Shown: positions 15,739-26,568, counted from the stretch's first letter. The stretch is 32,000 bases of DNA from Halomonas cerina (GCF_014192215.1 NZ_JACHXP010000003.1:119744-151743); one strand, 5' to 3'. Notes: generated by a model from the sequence alone, not told the origin. Program-made: numbers and translations.

Positions 15739-16487
15739 GCGAGCGTCTCTGGCTGGTGGTGCCGGCAGCCGGCCGTGGCCGGCGCATGGGCGCTGCGCTG
15801 CCCAAGCAGTACCTGATGCTAACTGGGCGGCCCGTCCTGACTCATACGCTGGCGCGGCTGCATGCCGCCTTCCCCGAGGCCCGGCTCTGCCTCTGCCTGG
15901 ATCCCGACGATCACCACTTCGATCCTGCCTGGGTACCCTTTACCGACTGGCGTCGTGTCAACGGCGGGGCCGAGCGCGCCGACTCGGTGGCCAATGCCCT
16001 CGATGCCATCGCCTTGGAAGCCGACGCCAAGGACCTGGTGCTGGTCCACGACGTGGCCCGGCCCTGCGTGACTGTCGAGGACCTTGCCCGGTTGTACGCG
16101 GTCATCGCCGAGGATCCGGTAGGAGGACTCTTGGCCGCGCCGGTGGCCGATACCATGAAGCGTGACGATGGCGCCGGCCGGGTGGCCGCCACCGAATCCC
16201 GCGAGGGGCTCTGGCAGGCCCTGACACCCCAGGGATTTCGCTACGGGCTGCTGCGTCGCGCCCTGGCCATGGCGCCGGGCTGCGGTGTCCTGGTGACCGA
16301 CGAGGCCTCCGCCGTCGAGACCCTGGGCATGGCGCCCCGACTGGTGGCCGGGCGCCGCGATAACCTGAAGATCACTCACCCCGACGACCTGGCCCTGGCC
16401 GAGCGGGTGCTGGCCGCCCAGGTCGCCTCGGGGACAACACCGCCCGCTATCATCGGGCCGCCTGTCGAGAGGGAGAGAGACACATGA
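15735..16487 (+). CDS. ispD: 2-C-methyl-D-erythritol 4-phosphate cytidylyltransferase
   Basis: [20 protein letters not shown] is the N-terminal IspD motif. The start overlaps the ftsB stop as ATGA. Confidence 0.9.
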   Translation: MSERLWLVVPAAGRGRRMGAALPKQYLMLTGRPVLTHTLARLHAAFPEARLCLCLDPDDHHFDPAWVPFTDWRRVNGGAERADSVANALDAIALEADAKDLVLVHDVARPCVTVEDLARLYAVIAEDPVGGLLAAPVADTMKRDDGAGRVAATESREGLWQALTPQGFRYGLLRRALAMAPGCGVLVTDEASAVETLGMAPRLVAGRRDNLKITHPDDLALAERVLAAQVASGTTPPAIIGPPVERERDT

Positions 16488-16975
16488 TGCGTATCGGTCA
16501 CGGCGTCGACGTGCACCGCTTCGGTGCGGGAGATCACCTGATGATCGGTGGCGTGGCCATTCCGTTCGACCAGGGGTTCGTCGCCCACTCCGACGGCGAC
16601 GTCCTGCTGCACGCGATCTGCGATGCCCTGCTGGGAGCCTGTGGGCTGGGCGACATCGGCCGTCATTTCCCGGATACCGACCCGGCCTGGGCCGGTGCCG
16701 ACAGCCGGGCCCTGCTGCGCCACGTGGTGGCGCTGGTGCACCGGGCGGGCTTCCGGCTCGGCAACCTGGATGCCACCGTGATCGCTCAAGCACCCAGAAT
16801 GGCGCCTCACCTCCCGGCCATGGCCGCCCACCTCGCCGAGGATCTTCAGGTCTCGAGCGCGGCGGTCAACGTCAAGGCCACCACTACCGAGCGGCTGGGC
16901 TTCATCGGCCGCGGTGAAGGCATCGCCGCCGAGGCCGTGGCCCTGCTGATTGCCACGGAGGCGGCCGGTGACTGA
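16484..16975 (+). CDS. ispF: 2-C-methyl-D-erythritol 2,4-cyclodiphosphate synthase
   Basis: [12 protein letters not shown] and [18 protein letters not shown] are the IspF signature. The start overlaps the ispD stop as ATGA. Confidence 0.93.
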   Translation: MMRIGHGVDVHRFGAGDHLMIGGVAIPFDQGFVAHSDGDVLLHAICDALLGACGLGDIGRHFPDTDPAWAGADSRALLRHVVALVHRAGFRLGNLDATVIAQAPRMAPHLPAMAAHLAEDLQVSSAAVNVKATTTERLGFIGRGEGIAAEAVALLIATEAAGD

Positions 16976-18089
16976 TGCCATCGACTGGCCACCGGCCTGG
17001 CCCCGGGTGCTGGATGCACGCTTCGGCGCTCCGGCCGCCGGGGGCTATCGGGCCACACCAGAGGCGTTCCGGGTCGAGGAGTGCCTGGACTTCGCACCCG
17101 AGGGTCACGGCGAGCATCTCTGGCTGTGGATCGAGAAGCGCGACCTGACCACCGCCATGGGGGCCCGCCAGCTGGCCTGGGCCTGTGGGGTCTCCCCCCG
17201 GGATGTCGGCTATGCCGGCATGAAGGACCGCTCGGCGGTCACCCGGCAGTGGTTCTCGGTGCACCTGCCGGGGCGCGAGGCACCCGCTGACCTCGAAGCC
17301 GCACTCGCGAGCGCCTCGCTCACCTTGCTGGCCCAGACGCGGCACCCACGCAAGCTCAAGCGCGGCGTACACCGCGCCAATCGCTTCCGGCTGCGTCTCA
17401 CCGGCCCGGCGCTGGAGGATCCCGGCTTCGCCGAGCGCTGGGCCTGGCTCTGCCAGCATGGGGTGGCGAACTATTTCGGCCCCCAGCGCTTCGGGCCCGA
17501 AGGTCGTAACCTGCACCGTGCGGTCAGGGTGCTGGCCGGCGGCTGGCGCAAGCGGGATGACCGCGAGGGCATGCTGCTCTCGGCGGCGCGCAGCTTCCTG
17601 TTCAACACGCTGCTGGCCGAACGCGTCCGCGAGGGCAACTGGGCCACGCCGCTGCCGGGGGAGGTGGTGGTCCTCGATGGCAGTGCCAGCCAGTTCACCG
17701 CCGAGGCCGTCGATGCCTCGCTGCGCGAGCGTGCCGAGCGCCTCGACCTGCACCCCTCGGGGATCCTCTGGGGCATCGGTGGCTCGGTGGCCCAGGGCGA
17801 GGCGCTGGCTCGTGAGCGAGACCTGGCAGATCACTACCCGGCACTCTGTGCCGGCCTCGAGCGGGCCGGCGTACGGCTCGGTCGACGCCCCCTGCGCCTG
17901 CGGCTGGAGGCGCCGAGGTTCGAGGCCGGCGAGGGCGAGGCCTGGCTGTCCTTCACGCTGGCACGAGGCGGCTTCGCCACGGCCGTGCTGCGCGAGCTGA
18001 TCGCCCACCCCAGCCTGAGTTTTCGAACGCCCCCCGCGGGGCCCCTGCAAGGAGGCGAGGATGCGACGTCTGCTGCTGTCCAACGATGA
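16968..18089 (+). CDS. truD: tRNA pseudouridine(13) synthase TruD
   Basis: [22 protein letters not shown] and [17 protein letters not shown] are TruD motifs. The start is set at GTG 16968 because of a GGAGG SD 6 nt upstream. The track ORF starts at TTG 16950. Confidence 0.88.
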   Translation: MTDAIDWPPAWPRVLDARFGAPAAGGYRATPEAFRVEECLDFAPEGHGEHLWLWIEKRDLTTAMGARQLAWACGVSPRDVGYAGMKDRSAVTRQWFSVHLPGREAPADLEAALASASLTLLAQTRHPRKLKRGVHRANRFRLRLTGPALEDPGFAERWAWLCQHGVANYFGPQRFGPEGRNLHRAVRVLAGGWRKRDDREGMLLSAARSFLFNTLLAERVREGNWATPLPGEVVVLDGSASQFTAEAVDASLRERAERLDLHPSGILWGIGGSVAQGEALARERDLADHYPALCAGLERAGVRLGRRPLRLRLEAPRFEAGEGEAWLSFTLARGGFATAVLRELIAHPSLSFRTPPAGPLQGGEDATSAAVQR

Positions 18090-18807
18090 CGGAGTACATG
18101 CCCCGGGCCTGCGGGCGCTGCATGACGCCCTGATCGCCCATGCGCGCCTGCGCGTGGTGGCGCCGGACCGCGACAAGAGCGGCGCCAGCAACTCCTTGAC
18201 GCTGACCCGGCCCCTGGCCCTTACGGCCATGGAGAACGGCTTCTACAGTGTCGATGGTACCCCCGCCGACTGTGTCTATCTGGGCGTCAACGGGGTCTGG
18301 GACGAGCGTCCCGACCTGGTGATATCGGGCATCAACCACGGTGGCAACTTGGGCGACGACGTGCTCTATTCGGGCACGGTGGCGGCCGCCATGGAAGGGC
18401 GCAGCCTGGGCATGACGGCCATCGCCATGTCGCTGATGGGCAGTCGCCACTTCGACAGTGCGGGGCGCGTGGCGGCTAGCCTGGTGGGCGCGGCGGATCA
18501 GCTGTCGCTGCCGCCACGCAGCCTGCTTAATGTCAATGTGCCGGACCTGCCCTGGAGCGAGATCCGTGGCTTTCGCGTCACTCGCCTGGGGTTTCGCGGC
18601 CCGGCGTCGCAGCCGGTGGAGGTCCGCGACCCGCGGGGGCGTAAGCGTTACTGGATCGCCCCCGTAAGCGAGAATGCCGACGATGGGCCGGATACCGACT
18701 TCGCCGCCGTCGAGAACGGCTATGTCTCCATCACGCCGCTGCAGACCGACTTGACCCAACATGCAGCGTGCGACGACGTGCAGGACTGGCTGAATGCGTT
18801 CACCTGA
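18061..18807 (+). CDS. surE: 5'/3'-nucleotidase SurE
   Basis: [20 protein letters not shown] is the SurE N-terminal motif. An AAGGAGG SD is present. The gene overlaps the truD 3' end by 29 nt. Confidence 0.92.
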   Translation: MRRLLLSNDDGVHAPGLRALHDALIAHARLRVVAPDRDKSGASNSLTLTRPLALTAMENGFYSVDGTPADCVYLGVNGVWDERPDLVISGINHGGNLGDDVLYSGTVAAAMEGRSLGMTAIAMSLMGSRHFDSAGRVAASLVGAADQLSLPPRSLLNVNVPDLPWSEIRGFRVTRLGFRGPASQPVEVRDPRGRKRYWIAPVSENADDGPDTDFAAVENGYVSITPLQTDLTQHAACDDVQDWLNAFT

Positions 18808-18838
18808 GCTGGAGCCCGATCGCCTCAGGGGCATCGGC

Positions 18839-19474
18839 ATGACCTCGCAACGAACCCGCGATCGCCTGGTGGCACGCCTGGCGAGACAGGGCATCCGCCA
18901 TCGGCGGGTGCTGGAGGTGCTGGCCACCGAGCCGCGCCACCTGTTCCTCGACGAGGCCCTGGCGCATCGTGCCTACGAGGATACCTCGCTGCCCATTGGC
19001 CACGGCCAGACCCTCTCCCAACCGTGGATGGTGGCCCGCATGACCGAACTGGTGGTGCAGGAGGTACCCGGGCGGGTCCTGGAGATCGGCACCGGCTCCG
19101 GCTATCAGACCCTGGTGCTCTCGCGTCTGGTGAAGGAACTCTGGTCGGTGGAGCGGATCAATGCCCTGCACCGGCGGGCCGGCCACCGGCTCGGCCAACT
19201 CGGCATCGACAACGTGCACCTGCGCCTGGCCGATGGCGGACATGGCTGGCCGGAGGCCGCCCCCTTCGATGTCATCCTGCTCACCGCCTGTGCCGGCGAG
19301 CTGCCCGAGCCCCTGTTGGCTCAGCTGGCGGAGCAGGGCGTGCTGATCGCGCCGCTGGCGGATCGCACCGGCTGCCAGTGGCTGACCCGGGTGCGTCGCC
19401 ATGGCGAGCGTTTCGAGCGGCAGCGCCTGGAATCGGTCCGCTTCGTGCCCTTGCTGGAAGGCGTCATTCGTTGA
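18839..19474 (+). CDS. pcm: Protein-L-isoaspartate O-methyltransferase
   Basis: MTSQRTRDRLV, LPIGHGQTLSQPWMVARMTEL and the SAM motif VLEIGTGSGYQT are present. The start is chosen to match the typical gammaproteobacterial Pcm N-terminus. Confidence 0.9.
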   Translation: MTSQRTRDRLVARLARQGIRHRRVLEVLATEPRHLFLDEALAHRAYEDTSLPIGHGQTLSQPWMVARMTELVVQEVPGRVLEIGTGSGYQTLVLSRLVKELWSVERINALHRRAGHRLGQLGIDNVHLRLADGGHGWPEAAPFDVILLTACAGELPEPLLAQLAEQGVLIAPLADRTGCQWLTRVRRHGERFERQRLESVRFVPLLEGVIR

Positions 19475-19487
19475 AAGGAGTCAGCTG

Positions 19488-20468
19488 TTGAAGCGTCATC
19501 TCGGTATCTTTCTGCGCGGAGCCGGCATGGGGGCCGCCGACGCCGTGCCCGGCGTCTCCGGCGGCACCATCGCCTTCGTCACCGGCATCTACGAGGAACT
19601 GATTCACACCATCCGACAGTTCGGGCCCTCTGCCATCGGGGCCTGGCGCCGATGGGGGCTGCGCGGGCTGGTCGCCCATCTCAATCTGTCCTTCGTGGTG
19701 CCGCTGCTGACCGGCATCCTGGCCAGCCTGGTCAGCGTCGCGCATCTGGTGGTGTGGCTGATGGACGACCATCCGCTGCTGCTCAACGGCTTCTTCTTCG
19801 GCCTGGTAGCCGCGTCGGTGCTGGTGGTCGGCCGTCATCCCACTGACTGGCGGTGGTGGCATCTGCTGCCCCTGGTGGTCGGGCTGCTGCTGGCTCAAGC
19901 CCTGCCATCGCTAATGCCGATGGTCGCCCGCCTCGGCAGCCCCGACCTGATCCTGGTGGTGGGGGGCGCCATCGCCATCAGCGCCTTGCTGCTGCCCGGC
20001 GTGTCGGGCAGCTTCCTGCTGCTGGCCATGGGGCTCTACGGCACCGTGATGGACGGCATCCGCAGCTTCGATGTGGGCCTGCTCGGCCTCTTCGGCCTCG
20101 GCTGTCTGGTTGGTCTGTTCGTCTTCTCGCGTCTGCTCTCCTGGCTGCTGGCGTATCACCATACCGCCACCCTGCAGTTGCTGGTGGGCTTCATCGTCGG
20201 CTCCCTGCCGGTACTCTGGCCCTGGCGTGAGCTGGTACGCTACCAACTGGGCCCGGAGGGCCAGATGATCCCGCTCGATTACCGTTATCTTACCCCGGGG
20301 GACTTCACCGTCCTGACCGGCGACCCTGCGCGACTGCCGGCGGTGGTGGCGCTGATGCTGGCCGGTGTCGCCCTGGTGTTGCTGATCAGCCGGGTGAACC
20401 GCCCGGCAGCGACGACACCCGCCGGAACACGACCTGGTGCTGACAAGGAGGAAGGCTCCAATGTATAG
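19488..20468 (+). CDS. DUF368-family polytopic membrane protein (family implicated in undecaprenyl-phosphate translocation)
   Basis: GAGMGAADAVPGVSGGTIAFVTGIYEEL and a second PGVSGSFLLLAMGLY repeat are characteristic of DUF368. The start is set at TTG 19488, which has an AGGAG SD 7 nt upstream. The track ORF start inside pcm is unlikely. Confidence 0.75.
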   Translation: MKRHLGIFLRGAGMGAADAVPGVSGGTIAFVTGIYEELIHTIRQFGPSAIGAWRRWGLRGLVAHLNLSFVVPLLTGILASLVSVAHLVVWLMDDHPLLLNGFFFGLVAASVLVVGRHPTDWRWWHLLPLVVGLLLAQALPSLMPMVARLGSPDLILVVGGAIAISALLLPGVSGSFLLLAMGLYGTVMDGIRSFDVGLLGLFGLGCLVGLFVFSRLLSWLLAYHHTATLQLLVGFIVGSLPVLWPWRELVRYQLGPEGQMIPLDYRYLTPGDFTVLTGDPARLPAVVALMLAGVALVLLISRVNRPAATTPAGTRPGADKEEGSNV

Positions 20469-21558
20469 GATATTGCTGATTTCGGGCCTGACCCTGGCCC
20501 TGTCCGGCTGCACCGTCAACCAGAGCAAGGCGCCGCCGGTCCAGGTGCGCGACCTCTCGATGAGCCGTTCGACCGCCACGCCCGGCGAGTACACCGTGAA
20601 GGCCGGTGACACCCTCTACGGCATCGCCTGGCGCCACAACATGGACTATCGTGACCTGGCCCGCCTGAACCGTATCGGTCCGCCCTACCGTATCCAGACA
20701 GGGCAGACCCTGGTGCTGGGAGGCAATGGGCCGGCGGAAAGCGACGCGGCCCCGGCGCGGGAGGCCGGCGGCGCCGTGGCCACGGCGCTTGGCGGCACGG
20801 CGGCCGTATCCGGGGGAGGGAACGAGTCCCTGGACTGGGTGCTGCCCGATGCGCCGCACGAATCGGACGAGCGTGCCGAGGCCGAGAAAGAGGACCCGGC
20901 CCCCGCGTCGGCGCAGACCGACGAGGCATCAGGCCCGGGGCCGGTAGTCAGCCTGGACAGCCCGGGGGCCGATGGTCGTCTGAGCGAGCGTGACCGGGCC
21001 GAGCGTGAGCGCCGTGAGGCCGGCGAGGCGTCCACCGGGAACAGGACGCGCTCGGCGGCCACCAATGATGCCCCGGCCTCGGCTGAGCCGCCTGCCGATA
21101 AACCCGCCAGGCCGGATGCCGGTGCCGCGGTAGCCGGGGAGGCGGACAGCGAGCGACCCCGCGAACGGCGTTACACGCCGGTCAAGGAAGTGGCCTGGCG
21201 GTGGCCCGCCGATGGCGACGTCGTGGGGGCCTTCGGTGAGGGCAGCACCATTACCGCCGGCATTGATATCGCCGGACAAAAGGGGCAACCTGTCAAGGCA
21301 GCGGGGCCGGGAATCGTCGTCTATGCGGGCAGTGGTGTACGAGGTTACGGCAACCTCATCCTGCTCAAGCACAACGACCAGTTCCTCAGCGCCTACGCAC
21401 ACAATGACTCCCTGCGCGTCAAGGAGAACGACGTGGTCGAGGCCGGTGACGTGATCGCCATCATGGGCGACAGCGATGCCGAAGATGTCAGGCTTCATTT
21501 CGAGGTCCGCAAGGATGGTCAGCCCCAGGATCCCCTGGAGTTTCTGCCCCCGCGCTGA
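20461..21558 (+). CDS. nlpD: Murein hydrolase activator NlpD (lipoprotein, LysM + degenerate M23 domain)
   Basis: The lipobox LALSGC, the LysM region YTVKAGDTLYGIAWRH...YRIQTGQTLVL and the C-terminal M23-like region GIDIAGQKGQPVKAAGPGIVVYAG...LHFEVR are present. An AGGAGG SD is present. Confidence 0.9.
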   Translation: MYRILLISGLTLALSGCTVNQSKAPPVQVRDLSMSRSTATPGEYTVKAGDTLYGIAWRHNMDYRDLARLNRIGPPYRIQTGQTLVLGGNGPAESDAAPAREAGGAVATALGGTAAVSGGGNESLDWVLPDAPHESDERAEAEKEDPAPASAQTDEASGPGPVVSLDSPGADGRLSERDRAERERREAGEASTGNRTRSAATNDAPASAEPPADKPARPDAGAAVAGEADSERPRERRYTPVKEVAWRWPADGDVVGAFGEGSTITAGIDIAGQKGQPVKAAGPGIVVYAGSGVRGYGNLILLKHNDQFLSAYAHNDSLRVKENDVVEAGDVIAIMGDSDAEDVRLHFEVRKDGQPQDPLEFLPPR

Positions 21559-21673
21559 CTCGGCTCGACATCCCGCCTCGGGAGGCGTTCGTCACACAAT
21601 AATAATCTTGTGCACCGATCCTGTTCCTGCCGGTGCAGGCGGTGAGCAGTCGCAACCGATGGGGTAGCAGTCG

Positions 21674-22660
21674 ATGAGCATGCTTGAACGGGACCTTCAG
21701 GATGTGAATCTCGAGACGGCCGACGAGGTGGATGACGACGCCGTCGAGAGCGAGGCTGACGAGGAGGAGGCCGTGGATGCCGCGGCCTTCGAGAAGGCGT
21801 TGAACCGGGAGGACAAGCACTATCACCACAGCCTCGATGCCACGCAGATCTATCTCAACGAGATCGGTTTCTCGCCGCTGCTGACGCCCGAGGAAGAAGT
21901 TCACTACGGCCGCCTGGCCCAGCAAGGAGACCCCGCCGGTCGTGCGCGGATGATCGAGTCCAATCTGCGCCTGGTGGTCAAGATCGCCCGGCGCTACCTC
22001 AACCGCGGCCTGACGCTGCTGGACCTGATCGAGGAAGGCAATCTGGGCCTGATCCGGGCGGTCGAGAAGTTCGATCCGGAGCGAGGCTTCCGTTTCTCCA
22101 CCTATGCCACCTGGTGGATCCGTCAGACCATCGAGCGGGCGCTGATGAACCAGACGCGCACCATTCGTCTGCCGATCCATGTGGTGAAGGAACTCAACAT
22201 CTACCTGCGGGCCGCCCGCGAGCTGACCCAGAAGCTGGATCACGAGGCGACCGCGGAGGAGATCGCCGACTACCTCGACAAGCCGGTGGAAACCGTCAAG
22301 AAGATGATGGGGCTCAACGAGCGCATCTCCTCCGTCGACTATCCGGTAGGTAGCGAGAGCGACAAGCCCCTTATCGAGACCCTGGCCGACGACAACGATC
22401 TGGGACCGGAATCCACGCTGGTGGACGGCGACGTCAAGCAGCATGTGGACGACTGGCTGGCCGAGCTCACCGAGAAGCAGTGCGAAGTGGTGGTCCGTCG
22501 CTTCGGCCTGCGGGGGCATGAGGCCGCTACCCTCGAGCAGGTTGGCGAGGAGATCGGCCTCACCCGGGAACGGGTCCGCCAGATCCAGGTGGAGGCGCTC
22601 AAGAAGCTACGCCGCCTGCTCGACAAACAGGGGCTCTCGCTGGACGCCATCTTCGAGTGA
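21674..22660 (+). CDS. rpoS: RNA polymerase sigma factor RpoS
   Basis: Region 2 is [17 protein letters not shown]...[30 protein letters not shown] and region 4 is [24 protein letters not shown]. Conserved nlpD-rpoS synteny supports the call. Confidence 0.93.
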   Translation: MSMLERDLQDVNLETADEVDDDAVESEADEEEAVDAAAFEKALNREDKHYHHSLDATQIYLNEIGFSPLLTPEEEVHYGRLAQQGDPAGRARMIESNLRLVVKIARRYLNRGLTLLDLIEEGNLGLIRAVEKFDPERGFRFSTYATWWIRQTIERALMNQTRTIRLPIHVVKELNIYLRAARELTQKLDHEATAEEIADYLDKPVETVKKMMGLNERISSVDYPVGSESDKPLIETLADDNDLGPESTLVDGDVKQHVDDWLAELTEKQCEVVVRRFGLRGHEAATLEQVGEEIGLTRERVRQIQVEALKKLRRLLDKQGLSLDAIFE

Positions 22661-22681
22661 CGGCGCGTGATACCGGTCATG

Positions 22682-22713
22682 GCAGACAGCCAGGATGCGT
22701 CCTGGCTGTCTGC
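22682..22713 (+). terminator. Hairpin terminator after rpoS
   Basis: A perfect 14-bp stem GCAGACAGCCAGGA / TCCTGGCTGTCTGC has a 4-nt loop. The downstream U-tract is weak (ATTGTGG). Confidence 0.6.
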
Positions 22714-22921
22714 ATTGTGGCGGCAGGCGTGGCGAGTAAACGGCCGCTACCACCGGGTCCTGTTGTGTGGTGATCGCTGAGGGTGGTGCTTATTTCTGCA
22801 TTCTTGCCTTTTAGCGAATGTTATTTTGGCATTCATGGTTTAGTTTGGTCTATAAGGCCATGATTTATCCGGTTTATTGGTAAATAATGAGGCTTTTACC
22901 TGCCGCTGTCCGGAGTGCATG

Positions 22922-24043
22922 ATGGCCCGCCCGCTGATTGCCGAGATCGACCTTGAGGCCCTGCGTCACAACTACCGCCTGGCCGCCGACCTGGCCCCCG
23001 CAAGCCAGTCGATGGCGGTGCTCAAGGCCGATGCCTATGGCCATGGGGCCGTAGCCTGTGCCCGGGCCCTGCAGGGCCGGGCGCCAGCCTTCGCCGTGGC
23101 CTGCCTCGAAGAGGCCGAGGCCCTGCGTCAGGACGGTATCACTACCCCTATCCTGCTGCTGGAAGGGATCTTCGAACCCGCCGAGCTCGAACGTGTCGAG
23201 GCACTGGACCTGTGGCTGGTGGTACACAGTGACTGGCAGCTGGAGGCTCTGCTGGCGTACCGGCCCAAGCGCGCCATCCCGACTTGGATCAAGGTGGACT
23301 CCGGCATGCATCGCCTGGGCTTTCCCCCGGCGCGAGCCGCCGAGGTGTGGTCGCGCCTGACCGAGGCACCGGCGCATGCCTGCGACCTGCATCTGATGAG
23401 TCATTTCGCCACCGCCGATGCCGTGAATACGGCCTACTTCCGACGCCAGTCCAGCTTGCTTCAGGAACTCGCCGAGCGGCTTGGGGCTCCCACTTGCCTG
23501 GCCAACTCCCCGGCGACCCTGGCGCGGCCCGAGAGTCACGGCGCCTGGAACCGCCCGGGGGTGATGCTCTACGGCAGCGATCCCCTGGAGGTGGCCAATG
23601 CGGCCAGCCGGCGGCTGGCACCGGTGATGACCCTGCGCTCCGCGATCATCGCCGTGCGCGAGCTGCCTGCGGGCGAACCGGTAGGCTACGGTGGGCGCTG
23701 GCACACCCCCCGGCCCTCGCGTATCGGCGTGGTGGCCTGCGGCTACGGAGACGGCTATGACCGCCATGCCGTGGACGGCACCCCGATGCTAGTGGCAGGC
23801 CGGCGTGCTGCCCTCGTCGGCAAGGTCTCCATGGACATGTTGACCGTCGACCTCACTGACCTGCCCGACGCCGATATCGGCAGCGAGGTGATCCTGTGGG
23901 GGCGGGCGTCGAATGGTGCAGTGCTGTCGGTGGACGAGGTGGCCCGACACTGCGATACCATCAGCTACACCCTGCTCACCGGGGTGCTGCCGCGGGTGCC
24001 CAGACGCTATCATGGTGGCCTGTCGGGGACAGACCCCCATTGA
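22922..24043 (+). CDS. alr: Alanine racemase
   Basis: MARPLIAEIDLEALRHNY, the PLP-lysine motif AVLKADAYGHGA and the C-terminal SYTLLTGV are present. The start is set at ATG 22922, which has GGAG 6 nt upstream. Confidence 0.9.
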   Translation: MARPLIAEIDLEALRHNYRLAADLAPASQSMAVLKADAYGHGAVACARALQGRAPAFAVACLEEAEALRQDGITTPILLLEGIFEPAELERVEALDLWLVVHSDWQLEALLAYRPKRAIPTWIKVDSGMHRLGFPPARAAEVWSRLTEAPAHACDLHLMSHFATADAVNTAYFRRQSSLLQELAERLGAPTCLANSPATLARPESHGAWNRPGVMLYGSDPLEVANAASRRLAPVMTLRSAIIAVRELPAGEPVGYGGRWHTPRPSRIGVVACGYGDGYDRHAVDGTPMLVAGRRAALVGKVSMDMLTVDLTDLPDADIGSEVILWGRASNGAVLSVDEVARHCDTISYTLLTGVLPRVPRRYHGGLSGTDPH

Positions 24044-24098
24044 GATCCCAATGAGCCAGCCGATTCAACTGGAGCCTTGCCATGGACAGGAGACGTCA

Positions 24099-25010
24099 AT
24101 GGGGGTCTGGCCCCCAATGAGCCACGCCCATCCCCGCTACTGGAACACCTGGCTGGCCATCGGCGCGATGCGCGCCGGGGCCTGGTTGCCATGGCGACTC
24201 AAGCTGTGGGTGGGCAAGGCGATCGGGCTGGCCGCCTGGCGCCTCGCCAAGCGGCGGCGACACATCACCGCGACCAATATCCGCCTGTGCTTTCCCGAAC
24301 TCGATGAGGCGCGGCAGCGTCGGCTGGTCAGGGAAACCTTCATCGCCAACGGGATCGGGCTGCTGGAAACAGCCACCGCCTGGTGCCGGGACCCCGAGCA
24401 CCTGCGCCACCGGGTCACCTTCAAGGGGCAGGAGCACATGGCGCGCGTCCAGGCGAAAGGGAAGGGGGCGCTGATCATCGGCATCCATTTTTCGACCCTG
24501 GACCTGGGCGGGGCGCTGCATTCGTTGTTCTTCCCTGCGGACGTGGTCTATCGGCCCCATGACAACCCGCTCTTCGAACGCTTCATGACCCGCGCTCGCA
24601 AGCGCATCTTCGGTACCGCCATCGACCGCCATGATCTGCGCGGCGTGGTGCGCCGGATCAAGTCGGGCCACAACGTCTGGTACTCGCCGGACCAGGACTT
24701 CGGCCGCGGCGCCAGCGTCTTCGCCCCCTTCTTCGGCGTCGAGGCGGCGACCATCAAGCTTACCGCCAAGATCGCCCGTATGACCGGGGCGCCGGTGATG
24801 CCGCTGATCTTCCATCGCAATCCCGACGACCGCACCTATACCCTCGAGTACCTGCCACCACTCGAGAACTTCCCCTCCGGCGACGAGGTGGCAGATGCCG
24901 CCCGTATCAACGCCGTCATCGAGGCCGCCATCCGGCGTCATCCCGAGCAGTACCTATGGCTGCATCGCCGCTTCAAGACCCGTCCCAGAGGGCAAGCCCG
25001 GCTCTACTGA
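24099..25010 (+). CDS. Lipid A biosynthesis late (lauroyl/myristoyl) acyltransferase, LpxL/HtrB family
   Basis: The N-terminal HPRYWNTWLAIG, NIRLCFPE and the HFSTLDLGG (HX4D-type) region are present. The start is set at ATG 24099 (AGGAGA SD 5 nt upstream). ATG 24051 and 24117 are alternatives. Confidence 0.8.
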   Translation: MGVWPPMSHAHPRYWNTWLAIGAMRAGAWLPWRLKLWVGKAIGLAAWRLAKRRRHITATNIRLCFPELDEARQRRLVRETFIANGIGLLETATAWCRDPEHLRHRVTFKGQEHMARVQAKGKGALIIGIHFSTLDLGGALHSLFFPADVVYRPHDNPLFERFMTRARKRIFGTAIDRHDLRGVVRRIKSGHNVWYSPDQDFGRGASVFAPFFGVEAATIKLTAKIARMTGAPVMPLIFHRNPDDRTYTLEYLPPLENFPSGDEVADAARINAVIEAAIRRHPEQYLWLHRRFKTRPRGQARLY

Positions 25011-26371
25011 GTCCGCTCCCCACCGCGGCCACGCGCCTGGCCCTCTGGGGTCGGCAGCTGGAGCGGTAGATCCAGGCGGTGGGTACCAGCGGTCAACCGT
25101 GAGGCGATGAAGCGTCGGTCGAGCGGGTGGTGGGCGGTACGGGCCAGCGTCTCGATGACCCGCTCGGCATGGGCCTGGAGGGTTTCGAGATCCTCGCCTT
25201 TGGCGAACAGCGACAGGGTCTTCAGGGCCTTGAGCAGGCCCAGGCCGATGCTCACGTCCTGCCGGCCGTAGTGCAGGATGGGATGAAAGAGTCGGTAGAG
25301 CAGGTCATCGAAGCGCTCCAGCGGCCAGGTCACCCGCCGTGTCCCGCTCTGGTCCAGCAGGGTGTTGCTGGGCTGCCATTGCAGCTGGCGGGCCAGCAAG
25401 TCGGTCAGCCGGTGGATGCACAGCCGTGCCGTGCCGGGGTCGTTGACGCCCGGCGACAGCGCCTTGATGGCAACTTCCATCAGCTGGGTCAGGCCGTACA
25501 CATGGTGCTCGGTGATCGACTCCCCCTCCACATAGGTGAGGGTGGCGCGAACCTCGTCGCACCACGTCTCTCCCGGCGGTGTCTCGGCTTCCAGCGACAG
25601 GATCGGCAGCCCCTCGACCACATAGTCCCCGAAGCGAAAGTGCAGGTGCACGATACCGTCGCCCTGTGCCGCCAGCTTGGCCAGGGCCGGGAGGTCGGCG
25701 TTCTGCAGGTAGCCGGCTCGCCGGGCGTGCACGACATGGCGGGGGTGACCCGTCGGCACCACGGTCGGCAGGAAGCGCCACGCCGCGTCCCGCTGGCGTT
25801 CCTGCAGGACGCGCAGGGCGGCCAGGGTGGTGCGGTGCAGGCCGGAGGCCACGGCGTCGATCTGGATCGACTCCGAGGCATTATGGATGAAATAGACGAA
25901 CAGCCCCAGGCAGTGGACGACCATGGCGCAGGCCAGGTAGATCGCCAGCGAGCGCCAGGCGGTCTCGCCGCTGGCGACATCCGGCACGATCAGCAGCATC
26001 AGGATGAACAGGATGGTGCCCAGGTAGTGGCCCAGCACCCACTGGTGGGGCCGCTCCGAGATCAGGCCGAACACCAGCTTGTGTGAGAACTGGCCACCGG
26101 CCTGGGACAGCACCGACATCACCATCGAGAAGCTGAATACCATCAGCGAGATCATGCCGCCGAGCAGGGCCGCCAGCAGTGAGCGAGTGTTGCCCGGGGC
26201 TTCCAGGCCAAGCGCGGTGACCGGGGTCGGCAGGTGCTCGTTGGAAATCGGCAGCAGCAGGGCCGAAAGGCCCAGCAACCCGTAAGCCACTGCCAGTACC
26301 GACGGCAGGTAGGCGATGCTTTGTCGGTAGGCCTTGAACAGACGGATAGGCCAGGAAAGCAGGACGCGCAT
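25004..26371 (-). CDS. DUF2254-family membrane protein
   Basis: An N-terminal polytopic region includes GGMISLMVFSFSMVMSVLSQAGGQFSHKL and HQWVLGHYLGTILF, followed by a soluble C-terminal half. The 3' end overlaps the convergent acyltransferase gene by 7 nt. Confidence 0.65.
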   Translation of the reverse strand: MRVLLSWPIRLFKAYRQSIAYLPSVLAVAYGLLGLSALLLPISNEHLPTPVTALGLEAPGNTRSLLAALLGGMISLMVFSFSMVMSVLSQAGGQFSHKLVFGLISERPHQWVLGHYLGTILFILMLLIVPDVASGETAWRSLAIYLACAMVVHCLGLFVYFIHNASESIQIDAVASGLHRTTLAALRVLQERQRDAAWRFLPTVVPTGHPRHVVHARRAGYLQNADLPALAKLAAQGDGIVHLHFRFGDYVVEGLPILSLEAETPPGETWCDEVRATLTYVEGESITEHHVYGLTQLMEVAIKALSPGVNDPGTARLCIHRLTDLLARQLQWQPSNTLLDQSGTRRVTWPLERFDDLLYRLFHPILHYGRQDVSIGLGLLKALKTLSLFAKGEDLETLQAHAERVIETLARTAHHPLDRRFIASRLTAGTHRLDLPLQLPTPEGQARGRGGERTQ

Positions 26372-26473
26372 GGGTGACTCCTCGCGGGAAGTGCCCCCCT
26401 TATGGCGCGTCTTGTCGTTCGGGGCAACCCCGCGCTATCCCCGGGAGCTGCAAGCGCTAAGCCGTAAAGCCAT

Positions 26474-26505
26474 AAGAAAACCCCACGAACCTTGCGGTGG
26501 TGGGG
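26474..26505 (-). terminator. Rho-independent terminator after ettA
   Basis: On the minus strand, CCCCAC...GTGGGG has an inner ACC-GCAA-GGT stem-loop and is followed by TTTTCTT. Confidence 0.55.
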
Positions 26506-26568
26506 TCTTCTTCCAGCTTCAAGCTTCAGCCCGCGAAGCGGGCGTTCTTACCGCTCCGGCGAAGCCGG

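Noticed and set aside
16902-18230. 442-aa minus-strand ORF; similar long antisense ORFs lie at 21488-22519, 26497-27774, 25127-26086, 29257-30432, 792-1691, 2260-3057 and 6958-8187
   Set aside because: All are antisense to genes with strong family signatures (truD, rpoS, ettA, DUF2254, MFS, the kinase, the AKR and the ALDH). All have low-complexity G/A/R/P-rich products.
22661-22921. Possible Rsm/Csr-type sRNA (rsmZ lies next to rpoS in pseudomonads) in the AT-rich rpoS-alr spacer
   Set aside because: There is no series of exposed GGA motifs on either strand and no TGTAAG-N6-CTTACA box. The only strong hairpin is adequately explained as the rpoS terminator, and the AT-rich part is more simply the alr promoter region.
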